Below, in pieces: positions 1 to 10,585 of a stretch of 64,000 nucleotides of DNA. The stretch is taken from assembly GCA_963789265.1 (NCBI GenBank), contig CAWBKB010000001.1, positions 2,112,001-2,176,000 of the forward strand, given 5' to 3'. Below the pieces are notes generated by a model. That model did not search any database, was not told where the DNA came from, and saw only the letters and a list, made by a program, of their open reading frames with translations. A program made the position numbers and the translations under genes. The stretch is from an uncultured delta proteobacterium (GTDB lineage: Bacteria; Desulfobacterota; Desulfomonilia; Desulfomonilales; Desulfomonilaceae). Position 1 is the first letter of the stretch. The number at the start of each line of letters is the position of its first letter.

Positions 1-386
1 ACTATGACATGCTTTATGCCTGTCGTGGGCAATATCTCCCTGACGTAACCGTAATTGGTATCATGACAAATGATCGTGCGAGCCCCGGAATCTTTGACCA
101 TGTACGCGACTTCATGGGAGGTGTAGATGGGAGAGACCAGAACGACTACGGCCCCGATCTTTTGTGCGGCAAGGAATGCGATCACAAACTGCACCGAGTT
201 GGATAGATAAATGAGTATGCGGTCCCCCTTTTCAATCTCCAGTCCAGCCAGTCCTGTAGCAAAACGATCGATCTTGTCTTTAAGATCCCGGTACGAGAAT
301 TTGTCGCCGAGGAAAATAATTGCCGTGCGATCGGGGTACTTGGCGCAGGCCTCCTCGAACCGAGTGAAAGTGTACTCTTCCTGCAA
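1..386 (-). CDS. AMP-binding long-chain acyl-CoA ligase, N-terminal part (runs off window start)
   Basis: Manual translation (not in ORF track): TTG after GAGGAG gives MQEEYTFTRFEEACAKYPDRTAIIFLGDKFSYRDLKDKIDRFATGLAGLEIEKGDRILIYLSNSVQFVIAFLAAQKIGAVVVLVSPIYTSHE, a typical ANL-family N-terminus; alternative in-frame ATG at 404. Confidence 0.85.
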   Translation of the reverse strand, partial: MQEEYTFTRFEEACAKYPDRTAIIFLGDKFSYRDLKDKIDRFATGLAGLEIEKGDRILIYLSNSVQFVIAFLAAQKIGAVVVLVSPIYTSHEVAYMVKDSGARTIICHDTNYGYVREILPTTGIKHVI

Positions 387-400
387 AGAACTCCTCCTCG

Positions 401-1147
401 TCATGTCCCGAAGTATGCCGATTTCACGTCAGGATTGCCCATCAATTCTTCTTTTGTTCCTTCAACTACAGAAGCCCCGTTTTCCAGGATGTACCCATAG
501 TCGATGATTGGCATAATGGGCCTTGCGTACTGCTCTGAGACTATTATGGATGTGCCGCGTTGGTCTCTGATTTCTTTAATGGCTTTGGCCAACAAATATT
601 GAATGGCAGGGCTTAGCCCCAGGAGAGGCTCATCGAGAAGCAAGAGCTTCGGTTGTGCCATCAGGGATCTACCGATCGCGAGCATCTGCTGTTCCCCTCC
701 GCTGAGGAATCCGCCAAGACGACCCGTCAAACGTTTGAGTGGAGAAAAAACGGTGAACACATAGTCGAGAGTTTCTTTGGCCTGTTGCCTGGTTGCCAGG
801 TAGGCGCCTATTTTGAGATTTTCCAAGACCGTAGCCTCAGGAAAGATCCGGCGTCGCTCGGGGCAAAGGATAATACCCGCGCGAGCACGTGCCGAAGGCT
901 TGCTGAACATTACCGACTTACCCTGGAACACAATTTGGCCGCGAATGGTGATCCTTTCGCCACCCGCCATCTCTTCCTTTCGCTGGATATCCTGCATGAT
1001 GCCCGAAAGGGTGTACATCAACGTAGACTTGCCGGCACTGTTGGCCCCGAATACTCCAACTATCTGATTCTGTTCGCAGCGCAGGCTGACGTTGTTCAGC
1101 GCAAGCATATTCTCGTAAAAGACCATCAGCCCCTGGGCTTCAAACAT
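401..1147 (-). CDS. livF: Branched-chain amino acid-type ABC transporter ATP-binding protein (LivF-like)
   Basis: Walker A GANSAGKS, LSGGEQQM signature, LLLLDEP Walker B. Confidence 0.9.
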   Translation of the reverse strand: MFEAQGLMVFYENMLALNNVSLRCEQNQIVGVFGANSAGKSTLMYTLSGIMQDIQRKEEMAGGERITIRGQIVFQGKSVMFSKPSARARAGIILCPERRRIFPEATVLENLKIGAYLATRQQAKETLDYVFTVFSPLKRLTGRLGGFLSGGEQQMLAIGRSLMAQPKLLLLDEPLLGLSPAIQYLLAKAIKEIRDQRGTSIIVSEQYARPIMPIIDYGYILENGASVVEGTKEELMGNPDVKSAYFGT

Positions 1148-1943
1148 AACTGAACACCTCCTCCGATCCGAAGTAAGCCTCCTTGACTTCCTTGTATTCC
1201 ATTACTTCCTCGGAGGTGCCGTCCGCGATTTTGCAGCCGAAATTCAAAACGACGATTCGTTTGGCCAATCGAAACAGCTCGCGCAGTCGGTGTTCCACCA
1301 TAACCAGGGTTATGCCTTCCATCTGTAGCTTTTCTATGAGTGGCACCATGCTCGCCATCTCACTCATGCTCAAACCGGAGAGCGCCTCGTCGCAGATGAT
1401 GACTTCAGGTCTTAGCGCCAGGCAGCGGGCCAACTCTAGCCGTTTAAGGTACCCGGTGGGCAAAGAAGATGCGACCTTGTAGGGGATGTAGGAATCCCTT
1501 TCAAAGCCTATCTCTTCAAGAATGTCTACGGCCACCGTGTCGCGGCTGCCCATTTTTCCTCCGCCCCTCCATCCACCGGTACGGCGGGCGCGTGGAGAAA
1601 AGAGAGGCACTATGAGATTCTTGAACGCAGGTAAGGTGTAATAAGGCCGCATAACCTGGAAAGTTCGCGTGAGCCCCAGGTCGGCGATTTTGCTCGGACG
1701 CCAGTTGGTTATGTCGGTTTCCTTGAATAGAACTGTGCCTGTGTCGGCTCGGATAAAGCCCGTGATTGTGTTGACCAGCGTCGTTTTGCCGGAGCCGTTG
1801 GGGCCGATAATTCCCACAATGTCGCCTCTATTCACTTCAAGGCTCACTCCGGAAAGCGCCAGGACACCGCCGAATTTCTTGCTCACGTTATCAACGACAA
1901 GCAACGGCTTTGTTCTCGCCGCTTGGTCCGCGCCAGCAGACAT
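1140..1943 (-). CDS. livG: ABC transporter ATP-binding protein (LivG-like)
   Basis: GPNGSGKTT Walker A, RTFQ, VEH motifs; start at ATG 1943 after GAGGAG. Confidence 0.9.
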   Translation of the reverse strand: MSAGADQAARTKPLLVVDNVSKKFGGVLALSGVSLEVNRGDIVGIIGPNGSGKTTLVNTITGFIRADTGTVLFKETDITNWRPSKIADLGLTRTFQVMRPYYTLPAFKNLIVPLFSPRARRTGGWRGGGKMGSRDTVAVDILEEIGFERDSYIPYKVASSLPTGYLKRLELARCLALRPEVIICDEALSGLSMSEMASMVPLIEKLQMEGITLVMVEHRLRELFRLAKRIVVLNFGCKIADGTSEEVMEYKEVKEAYFGSEEVFSYV

Positions 1944-1973
1944 GCCTATACTCCTCACGCCGATTCGAGGTCC

Positions 1974-2079
1974 GTAGCAGCAGACACAAAGTCTGCCCTC
2001 TTGCGGGCACCCACGAGAGGTGTCCCCACAATGGGTTCCCGTTTGGGTGCCACTGCTGGGCAAGCCAGCAGTGGCACTC
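1974..2079. repeat. Two REP-like palindromic repeats between livM and livG
   Basis: 1974-2029 is near-identical to the reverse complement of 16413-16468; 2045-2079 (GGGTGCCACTGCTGGGCAAGCCAGCAGTGGCAC) recurs at 35560-35630. Confidence 0.75.
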
Positions 2080-2167
2080 GCAACTCAAATCATGATTACC
2101 CTCAAGAACTGTTCCAAGCCCAGGCCCCGTCAGCAGGCTATTGCCTTTTTCAGCGTTTCGCCTGCCG

Positions 2168-3189
2168 CTACACTTCAACCCATCTCTCGAACTGTTCATA
2201 TTTCCGTGTCGCGTAGTTCATGATCCCTTCACTCTTGAATACGATGAACAGCGTTAGAATGATGGCATAGACCGCAATACGCAACGTGCCGAAATCACGC
2301 AACAATTCAGAAATGGGAACGAGAATGAGGCTACCGACCACCGGGCCGATAAGCGTCCCGCCTCCTCCAACAACTGTTGCAGCAATCGGAATGATCGAAA
2401 AATCCAGAGCGAATTGGGAGATACCGGCCCACATATAAATGTGCGCGAGACACGCTCCGCCGAAGCAGCCCAGTGCTGATGCGATATACACACCGATCGC
2501 CTTGTAGGTGATGATGTCTATCCCAGATGCCTTTACTGCCTGGTCATTGTCCTTGACCCCCCGAAATACCAGCCCGATATCCTCTTCCACAAGTCGCCGC
2601 AGAACAAAGACGAATATCAAGACACTCCCTATCAGAAGGTACCGTTCAACCCATGCATTCGGCAAGCCGTCAACCCCGATTATGCCGTCAGTGCCTCCGA
2701 AGATGTCCAGTGCTTCGATAACCCGGGCCGCCAGTAACGGATACATGAGACTCACGATCGCGAAATAGACGCCCCGCAGCGGCAGACACGGCAACAGCAG
2801 CACGGTGCAAACGGCTGCACCGCATACGGTTGCCAGAGGTATGGTGAACACCGGTGAAAGACCCAGATTCACATTAAGAAGCGCTGCAATGTAGGCTCCC
2901 ACCCCAACATAAAATCCGCCACCCAGCGAAACCAACCCGACGTAGTTGGCAAGAAAATCGAAACTGATGGCCAGGAGAGGTCCACGCACACTATGGAGAA
3001 CACTCTTTGCCAGTAGGGGAAATTGTGCAGCAAAAGCGGGGCAGCGGCTAGGCCGACGATGAAGAGCAGCCGAGGTGCCAACAAATAACTCATCTCTCGC
3101 CAAGAGGAGACAGCATAAACCCCGTCACACCGCACCTTTATTCCGCGGTCAATCCGCTCCTTGCGGCCGCTTGTCTTGTCCACAACCAT
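2168..3189 (-). CDS. livM: LivM-like ABC permease (frameshift near 2985)
   Basis: N-terminus in ORF 2869..3189, remainder (GLVSLGG, TM helices, VGGGGT) in ORF 2168..3103. Confidence 0.85.
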
Positions 3190-4056
3190 TTAGACTCTCT
3201 CCTCCAACTCTTTTTGACGACCGAAAAGTCCGCTGGGTCTTAATATCAGGGATATGATAATGGCGCAGAGCGCGACCACTATTTGATAGTTAGTCCCGAA
3301 GTATGACACGGTAAGAATCTGGGCGAATCCGATCAGGAAAGCGGCCAAGACCGCGCCGGTCCAACTCCCCAGCCCACCGACGATGCAAACCGCCACTGCC
3401 ATGACCAGCACATTGTAACCGGCTTCCACAACTATGTTCCCGAGCGGCAGCAAGATCAATGCAGCCGCTCCTGCCAGTACGGATCCGAGGCCCATTGCCA
3501 CCACAGCCATACGGTCGGAGTCGATCCCCAGGGTAAGAGCTGCCCGCTCGTCCTGAGCCATTCCCGTGAGGGCAAGCCCAAGCTTGGTCTTGTTGACAAA
3601 GAGCCACAGTAGCCCCACCAGCACCGCACCGCCCAGCACAACGATGATACGTTGGAAATCAACAGGTATGCCGGAGATTTGGATACTGCCCTCTATGAAG
3701 GGCCGAAGAATAAAGGTCCCACCTTTCAGGCCTCCCCAGCGCAAACCTTCTAGAATTGCCGAACCAATGGCATACGAGGCTATGATCTCGGAAATCGGCA
3801 TTCCACGCACGCGCACCAGGATCAGTTGGTACATGGCGGCACCGATGAGTCCTACAAAAAGCAGGGATAGCAGAATCGACAGCGGGTAGCTCAAATGCGC
3901 TCGATGTATAAGCAACCAAGCGATATAGCCGGTCAGCACGTACAGGGCGCCGTGAGCAAAATTAGGCAGCCGGCTCACCCCGTAGACCAGACTGAATCCA
4001 AGGGCCATCAGAGCTAGTGAGACGCTATTCACAATCCCATAGATGACTATTTCCAT
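3190..4056 (-). CDS. livH: LivH-like ABC permease
   Basis: ALGFSLVYGVSRLPNFAHG motif, multiple TM helices, RPSGLFG C-terminus. Confidence 0.92.
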   Translation of the reverse strand: MEIVIYGIVNSVSLALMALGFSLVYGVSRLPNFAHGALYVLTGYIAWLLIHRAHLSYPLSILLSLLFVGLIGAAMYQLILVRVRGMPISEIIASYAIGSAILEGLRWGGLKGGTFILRPFIEGSIQISGIPVDFQRIIVVLGGAVLVGLLWLFVNKTKLGLALTGMAQDERAALTLGIDSDRMAVVAMGLGSVLAGAAALILLPLGNIVVEAGYNVLVMAVAVCIVGGLGSWTGAVLAAFLIGFAQILTVSYFGTNYQIVVALCAIIISLILRPSGLFGRQKELEERV

Positions 4057-4176
4057 GAAAGAGCCTCAAGGCAGCAGATCACAGGAATATCACGAGATTG
4101 CCCCTGACACCTCTGCGTCAACCTGCCCGTCCGAGAGCGCCATTGGCATCGGACTGAACCAAACTGTGAATTAGAT

Positions 4177-4212
4177 TGTGGAACAGGCTAAAGGCCTGAA
4201 GCCCGTTCCACA
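4177..4212. repeat. Hairpin between substrate-binding and permease genes (terminator or mRNA stabiliser)
   Basis: TGTGGAACAGGCT...AGCCCGTTCCACA inverted repeat. Confidence 0.45.
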
Positions 4213-4240
4213 GAAGCGGATTGTCGTCCGATAGGCCGGG

Positions 4241-5519
4241 TCACTTCTTCATCCAAGGGGGCAGCAGCACTTTCCCCGTGGCAATGGACTCGGGAAATAC
4301 CACAACACGCTTTCCGGCCTGCCACTGGAAGATTGTGCCTACTGCGCCTTTTTTTGGGTCAAGACTGGGGATCACCTGATTGGTCTTGGGGTCGAAACCG
4401 ATTCGCCCGTACACTCCCATGAGATCGGTCTTCCTGAGCGCTTCGACGACCTTGTCAGAGTCGAGGGTTCCTGCTCGCTCGATAGCGTCTTTGAGCGCGT
4501 AGACCGCCATATAACTTGAGGATGTTCCGTAACCTTCCGGTTCCAATCCGTACTTCTTTTTGTAGGCGTTGACGAACTTCATGGTCCACGGCGTAGCTTT
4601 ACAGGGGACATTGCCGGCATTAACCACACTCGCCATGCAGTACTCACCCTTGCCTTCAGTAGCTTTCCAGAATCCAGGCTGTTCCGCGGCCGAAAGGATT
4701 GTTCCGAAAGGTAGTGCCGGAACTTTCAGGCCGTACCATTGCTTCAGAAGGATAGAGGATTCCGGCATATCCATCCAAATAACGATCACCTGGGCCTTCT
4801 GTTTCTTTGCCTCCAGCAGCCCCATAGAATAATCGGTGGTTCCTGTGGGGAAGACAATAGGATCGCCTAGAAACCTTCCATCCCTTTTTCGACATCACCT
4901 TCTTCAGGATGGCTCCGCCCATCCGCGCATGGGCCACATCCTGAATCATAATCATCAGGCGGTTCAGGCCGTATTGCTTGCCTATCCCTTCGAGGCAAGG
5001 CACCATCTCGCCCAAGACCATCCACTTGGCTTCTCCGGAAATCCGGAACAGATACTTATACTTCTCGGGGTTGCTCGCTATTATTGCGCTGTACTTGGGT
5101 GTGAGAGCGCCCGTAGTCAGTATTGAGATCTTTTTATGCTTCACAAGAGTAGACATGGCTGCCAAGGCCGCCTCCGAGCGAACGGGGCCGCCAACAATGA
5201 AGTCAGCTTTCTTTTCAAGGATCAGTTTCTCCACAGCAAGGAGAGCCTCGCTCACCGGCACCCCCGGCTCCAGGTCTCGAGTGTCGATGACTTCCAGCGC
5301 AAACGGCCGCTTTTCATTTCCTACCTTTACGCCGCCTGCAGCATTTATTTCTTCCACTGCAAGCTTAAAGGCCTTGTCCGCGTCCCAACCGTACAGGAAG
5401 GACATAGCCAGGGGGGCGCCGAGAACAATGGGCTTCTGCGCCCTCGCCGGTGAACACAGACAGTTCATTGCTACCCAAATAGACACCATTGCCAGCAGAA
5501 CTCGCGCCTTGAAATGCAT
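4241..5519 (-). CDS. LivJ/LivK-family periplasmic substrate-binding protein (frameshift near 4872)
   Basis: Signal peptide, AVEEINAAGG motif; removing one base in the run at 4871-4873 joins ORFs 4656..5519 and 4241..4825. Confidence 0.87.
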
Positions 5520-5858
5520 TTTTTTCTCTCCCTTCGAGGACGTTGTATCCGATCGAATTCTCGCTGAAAGGCTATGGAATAAAGAATCTTTGAATTTGAC
5601 GCCGGCTTGTTTAAAACTCGCCGTATGTTTATGAGCTGCCAGCTCGATGATTTATCATGCTAAAAAGTTGACGGAGGAATGAGGTTATGAGGACGTGGTC
5701 ATAATGCCGCGCAATCGCCCCGTACCGATCGCGGCCGTCTCACGTGTATTACAACACTCCGGGGCAACAACGACATACTCTGAACTCCAGAAGCTCACAG
5801 TATTTCTAAAAGTGCCAACCCAATCATAAGCGCCTTGCCTACCTCCGGACTGGAAGAA

Positions 5859-5873
5859 GCAAGTCTTGTGCCA
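5859..5873 (-). promoter_or_regulatory. Sigma54 (-24/-12) promoter for the transporter operon
   Basis: Minus strand reads TGGCAC-AAGAC-TTGC, exact consensus; adjacent gene is a sigma54 activator. Confidence 0.8.
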
Positions 5874-5960
5874 CGCTCAAGGCAAATGCAGCATGATCTG
5901 ATACAGTCGCTCAAACACGCCGGTTCACGTGAGGCCGGAGGACTACGAAAACGAGACCGT

Positions 5961-6000
5961 TGCAAATTTTCTTTGCAGTAAGTGGAAAGGTTCTTTCCAC
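5961..6000. promoter_or_regulatory. Tandem palindromic enhancer (UAS) candidates
   Basis: TGCAAA-N5-TTTGCA (5961-5977) and GTGGAAA-N5-TTTCCAC (5982-6000), about 90-130 bp upstream of the sigma54 promoter. Confidence 0.65.
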
Positions 6001-6022
6001 CACAGCTCCAAGGTTGACGGAA

Positions 6023-7366
6023 TCAGGACTGAACTTGGTATTGGTTCAGCCGTTTTCGCAAGGTGGGTCTCGAAATCCCCAGCGCCTTGGCGGTGGCTGA
6101 AATATTTCCACAGTACCTCGCAAAAGCCGTCAGAATATGTTCTCTTTGCACTTGTTCCAAGGTACGCAGTTCGGAAATATCCGGCAATTCCGTGGATGAT
6201 CCGGCGAGAGCCGCCTCTACGGCATCTGCGAAAAGAAGTGTTCCCCTCGATTCCAGGACCGCTTTCGTGAGAACGTTCTTAAGTTCTCTCACGTTGCCGG
6301 GCCAGGAATAAGATTTGAGGGTGTCCATGGCCTCTTTTTCAACTTTTGCCACCTTCGTGCAGAGGTCCCGATTGATCTTGGCCAAAAAGAATTTCACCAG
6401 TTCAGGCAGATCATCCATTCTCTCCCGGAGCGCGGGTACACGGATTGTAATAACTTTCAATCTGAAGAAAAGATCCTGGCGAAACCGTCCATGCTGCACC
6501 AGATCTTTCAGGTTCCTATTGGTTGCAGCAATAATACGTGCTTCGCATTGACGGGTTCGGTTCCCTCCCACTCTCGTAAAATCGCCATACTCCAGAAAAC
6601 GCAGGAACTTGGCCTGCAAAGGCAGAGGGAGTTCCCCCACTTCGTCGAAAAACAGGGTACCGGAACTGGCCAATTCCACCCTTCCCTTCTTTGATTCGAC
6701 AGCTCCTGTGAACGCTCCTTTCTTGTAGCCGAACAGTTCGGATTCAAAGAGACTTTCTACAAGGGTGGTGCAATCTATCGTAACAAAAGGCAGGTCCTTC
6801 CACAACGAAGATTCGTGTACTACCCGTGCCAGGAGTTCTTTGCCTGTGCCTGTTTCTCCTTCGATCAGGACTGTGGCACGGTTGCACGACAGTAGTCCAA
6901 TGAATTTGAATATAGAACGCATAGCCTTAGTGTTGCCTACGATACGTTTCCTCAGAATCCGGCCCTGGTCTTCATTCGTCAGAGACGGACATGAGAGGGA
7001 GGCTTTGGAAATGCGCATACTCTTGGTTATCGAACGATCCAACTCGCTAACACTCAACGGTTTCTGGATATAATCGTATGCACCGTATCGCATGGCTTCT
7101 ATGGCGCCTTCCATATCATGATACGCTGTTATCATTATTACTTTCTGATCCGGGCAGGTCTCCACAATGCGTCGAAGTATCTCGAGACCTGAAACGTCAG
7201 GTAATCGAATATCCAGAATGACAACTTGGGGATTATAGTCCAGGCAAGCTTTAAAGCCGCCATTCCCTGTGTCGGCGGTCCTCACGGCCAAGCCTTTTTC
7301 TTGGAGGTACATTTCCAATGACTCTTGGATAGAAGCGTCATCGTCTATGACAAGCACTCTGTTCAT
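6023..7366 (-). CDS. Sigma54-dependent response regulator (NtrC/AtoC family)
   Basis: Receiver (VIDDD, ILDIRLPD), GETGTGKE, GAFTGA, WPGNVREL, Fis-type HTH. Confidence 0.95.
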   Translation of the reverse strand: MNRVLVIDDDASIQESLEMYLQEKGLAVRTADTGNGGFKACLDYNPQVVILDIRLPDVSGLEILRRIVETCPDQKVIMITAYHDMEGAIEAMRYGAYDYIQKPLSVSELDRSITKSMRISKASLSCPSLTNEDQGRILRKRIVGNTKAMRSIFKFIGLLSCNRATVLIEGETGTGKELLARVVHESSLWKDLPFVTIDCTTLVESLFESELFGYKKGAFTGAVESKKGRVELASSGTLFFDEVGELPLPLQAKFLRFLEYGDFTRVGGNRTRQCEARIIAATNRNLKDLVQHGRFRQDLFFRLKVITIRVPALRERMDDLPELVKFFLAKINRDLCTKVAKVEKEAMDTLKSYSWPGNVRELKNVLTKAVLESRGTLLFADAVEAALAGSSTELPDISELRTLEQVQREHILTAFARYCGNISATAKALGISRPTLRKRLNQYQVQS

Positions 7367-8961
7367 ACCCTCCATGGCAACCTCATGACAAAAGTCGCGC
7401 CCGGCCCTTCGCGACCGAGCACCTCAACATTTCCTTCGTGGGCATCCACGATTCTCTTCACATTGCTAAGCCCCAAACCACTGCCCTGAGCCTTGGTCGT
7501 GTAGAACGGATCGAACAGACGTGAAATACCGGCAGGATCGACGCCTGGCCCGCTGTCGCTTACGCCGAGTTCCAGATATTGGATTCCGCCGATACGAATT
7601 GTCTTTGCGAACACAATTATGCGACTACCCTCTTCGGTGACGTCAACCGCATTTAGTATCAGATTCAGCAAAGCCTGCTGGAGCTTTTTCGCATCCAATT
7701 TGCACGATGGCAGAGATCGGGCGTAGCGCTGGACTATTTTCAGACGCTTCTCCGCGGTCTTTGGTTCCACTAGATCTACGCATCCCTGCACAAGCTCACG
7801 CACATCCACAAATCCTAGTTCGATGTCGACCGGTCGAGAAAGATCCAGCAGTTGTCTAAGGATATTTTCAACTCTGGACACCTCCCGAACGGTAATGTCC
7901 AGACGCCGCCGATCAAACCCGTCCAGGTGTAGCTTTTCGCTCAAAATTTGCAGATTCATGTTTATAGAAGAAAGTGGATTTCTGATCTCGTGGGAAAGTG
8001 ACGCTGCCAGATGGCCCACGTAGGCTAACCGCTCGTTTTCGCGGACTTTGCGCTCCATGGCCACGCGTTCGCTGATATCCCTGCACACGCCGATGGTTAC
8101 CGTCCCCTGGCCGAGATCAACCGTCTTCGCTCTGATTTCCGTCGCCCCTCTTTCGGGATCGCATCCGAGACGAGTGTATTCAATAGTGCTTCCTGTGAGC
8201 TTGCCGGCCGGTGCATCGACGTACGTGCCGCCCAGACGTTTGCGCGATTCGGGGGCCACAAATTGCAAAAACGGCTGACCCACGGCTTCAACCAGCGTGG
8301 TCCCGTGCATACGGCAAAACGCCTGATTCGCAAACACTATCCGGCCGTTTTGGATGACGAAATATCCGTCGTTAATCTCTTCCACCAGGGTCTTATATCT
8401 TCGCTCACTTTCGGCAAGTTCTGCTGTACGGCTGCTTACTTCCTGCTCAAGATTCTGAGCGTAATGCCTAATCGAAAGCTCGTGCATGTGCTGAAAATGG
8501 TCGGAAAAACGATGTATGGTGTACGAAAGACAGGCGTTTATGGCTTCGATGGACTGTGCCAGTAACTTCCGACGCCTTTCCGCCAAGAGCTTTCTTGTGG
8601 CAATACTTCTGAATAACTCAAATGCCTTCTGAACATCCGACAGGGGAAATCCGGCTGCCAAGCGCTTGTCAGTAATGTAGTCTATGAAACGCTGCATGCG
8701 GATGAGTCGGTCGTAAGATAGGAACTCTAAATCCGCCATGAAGGCTTCGGTCACTGTCCCTACAAGCTCTTCTCGGGGGCGCGCGGCATAGAACACGGAC
8801 AGCGTCGAAAGAGTGTCTACCCATTCTTCAATTATTGGGGCTGTCTCTCTCTTGAGCCATCGGAGCAAAGATATGGGAGTCGAAGTACGAAATGGAACTT
8901 GTGGATGGTTCTCTTCTTCGTTTCTTGAGCCGCCGCTTGTTGTAATTGTCAAATCCGGCAT
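7363..8961 (-). CDS. PAS-domain histidine kinase with RsbRD_N-like N-terminal domain
   Basis: SHEIRNPL H-box, NLILNA N-box, DSGPG, GSGLGL; PAS after ESERRYKTLVE; start uncertain (8961 or 9009). Confidence 0.9.
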   Translation of the reverse strand: MPDLTITTSGGSRNEEENHPQVPFRTSTPISLLRWLKRETAPIIEEWVDTLSTLSVFYAARPREELVGTVTEAFMADLEFLSYDRLIRMQRFIDYITDKRLAAGFPLSDVQKAFELFRSIATRKLLAERRRKLLAQSIEAINACLSYTIHRFSDHFQHMHELSIRHYAQNLEQEVSSRTAELAESERRYKTLVEEINDGYFVIQNGRIVFANQAFCRMHGTTLVEAVGQPFLQFVAPESRKRLGGTYVDAPAGKLTGSTIEYTRLGCDPERGATEIRAKTVDLGQGTVTIGVCRDISERVAMERKVRENERLAYVGHLAASLSHEIRNPLSSINMNLQILSEKLHLDGFDRRRLDITVREVSRVENILRQLLDLSRPVDIELGFVDVRELVQGCVDLVEPKTAEKRLKIVQRYARSLPSCKLDAKKLQQALLNLILNAVDVTEEGSRIIVFAKTIRIGGIQYLELGVSDSGPGVDPAGISRLFDPFYTTKAQGSGLGLSNVKRIVDAHEGNVEVLGREGPGATFVMRLPWRV

Positions 8962-9198
8962 CACGATCTTTGTCAAGCCATGAATACGCAGGATGACGCT
9001 TGAGGCCAAGCATTTAACGAGGTAGGTGGAACATTGGAATTGAGAAAGCCCTGATGAGAACGCGAGTGCGGGCCTCCGTTCTCGACCGCGAAGGGGGCAT
9101 CCCGCTACACGCCGTGCCCTCTACCTCCAAGGTTCCCAGATCAAGCCAGACGGACTTGGGCTAGACTATACATCATCTTTTGTAGTTATCCAAGAGTC

Positions 9199-9379
9199 GG
9201 CAGTGTCCCAATTTTGGACACCATCAGCCATTTTCACAACTAATCACCCAAGACCCCAATGCGGGCAGTAGCGCCGGCGTCTCTGCCGGTGGCTCATAAA
9301 CTACCGGCACGGAGGCCGGTCCTACTGGATTCCGGCGGACACCGGAATGATGATCAACACACTGAATTAGGACACTACC
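9199..9379. mobile_element. 181-bp MITE with 8-bp target duplication and REP-like cargo
   Basis: TIRs GGCAGTGTCCCAATT / GGTAGTGTCCTAATT (revcomp), flanked by CAAGAGTC at 9191-9198 and 9380-9387. Confidence 0.75.
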
Positions 9380-9394
9380 CAAGAGTCGGCGGGT

Positions 9395-10585
9395 TCATTG
9401 CGTCGCGCAGACAGCAGTGCTCAAGTATTCTCTGCCAAATGGAGACATGGACCTCAGAAACTCGATTATTCCCGGAAGTTCTTGAATGACATACTCTATT
9501 TCGTCTTCAGTGTTGTACCTGGAGAGAGAAAAACGTATCGATCCGTGCACAGACGTGAAAGGAACGCCCATTGCTCTCAACACGTGGGAAGGTTCAAGCG
9601 ACCCGGATGTACAGGCCGATCCGGACGAAGCGCAGATCCCTTTATCGTCCATCCTCATTAGGATGGCTTCCCCTTCGACGAATTCGAAGCCTACGTTCAA
9701 TGTGTTCGGGAGACGGGATTCCACGCCGCCGTTAACTCGGGCTGCCGTGATGGCCGACAACAGACCTTCCTGCAAACGATCTCTTAGTTTCTTTACTCGG
9801 GAATTCTCTTCATCAAAATTCTTCAGTGCAAGTCGCGCGGCCTCTCCAAGGCCCACTATTCCCGGCACATTTTCCGTCCCGCCACGCCTGTCCGACTCCT
9901 GATGGCCTCCTATGACGAACGGCGAAAAACGGGTCCCTTTCTTGATGTATAGAGCGCCTATTCCTTTGGGGGCATGTAGCTTGTGGCCGGAGAGTGACAA
10001 AAAATTAATATATGACGATCCGAGCCGCATGGGAATCTTCCCTACAGCCTGTACTGCATCGGTGTGCATCAACGATCCATGTTCGTGCGCTATCTCCGCG
10101 ATCTCGCGAACCGGAAAAATTACTCCGGTTTCATTATTCGCCCACATCACGGAGACCACTGCGGTTTGATCGGTGATCTTTGCCCGGACCTCATCCATGT
10201 CCAGTATTCCATTTTTATCTACGGACAGCCATCGTATAGTGTAACCTTTGGTACGACCAAGATGCTTGCAAAGATTGAGTACCGCCGGATGCTCCACCCT
10301 GGTGGTTACAATTTCTCTGCGTTCCGGCATTGTTGCCAGGGCGCTCAGAATCGCAGTAGAATCCGACTCAGTCCCTCCGGAAGTGAAAATCACCTCCTGT
10401 GGGGACGCACCCAACAATTCAGCGAGTGCCTCCCTTGCCTTTACCACGTCGCGAGCCACATCTCCTCCGAAGGAGTGCATGCTCGACGGGTTTCCGTAGC
10501 GTTCCGTCAGGAAGAGACGAACAGCTTCGAAGACTTCCGGAGCCACCATGGTAGTAGCATTGTTATCCAGGTAGACTGTTTTCAT
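9395..10585 (-). CDS. nifS: Cysteine desulfurase NifS
   Basis: YLDNNATT, SGHK PLP lysine, SSGSACTS catalytic Cys. Confidence 0.95.
   Translation of the reverse strand: MKTVYLDNNATTMVAPEVFEAVRLFLTERYGNPSSMHSFGGDVARDVVKAREALAELLGASPQEVIFTSGGTESDSTAILSALATMPERREIVTTRVEHPAVLNLCKHLGRTKGYTIRWLSVDKNGILDMDEVRAKITDQTAVVSVMWANNETGVIFPVREIAEIAHEHGSLMHTDAVQAVGKIPMRLGSSYINFLSLSGHKLHAPKGIGALYIKKGTRFSPFVIGGHQESDRRGGTENVPGIVGLGEAARLALKNFDEENSRVKKLRDRLQEGLLSAITAARVNGGVESRLPNTLNVGFEFVEGEAILMRMDDKGICASSGSACTSGSLEPSHVLRAMGVPFTSVHGSIRFSLSRYNTEDEIEYVIQELPGIIEFLRSMSPFGREYLSTAVCATQ

Noticed and set aside
1944..2063. N-terminal extension of the LivG ORF
   Set aside because: It translates REP-like repeats; the real start with RBS is at 1943
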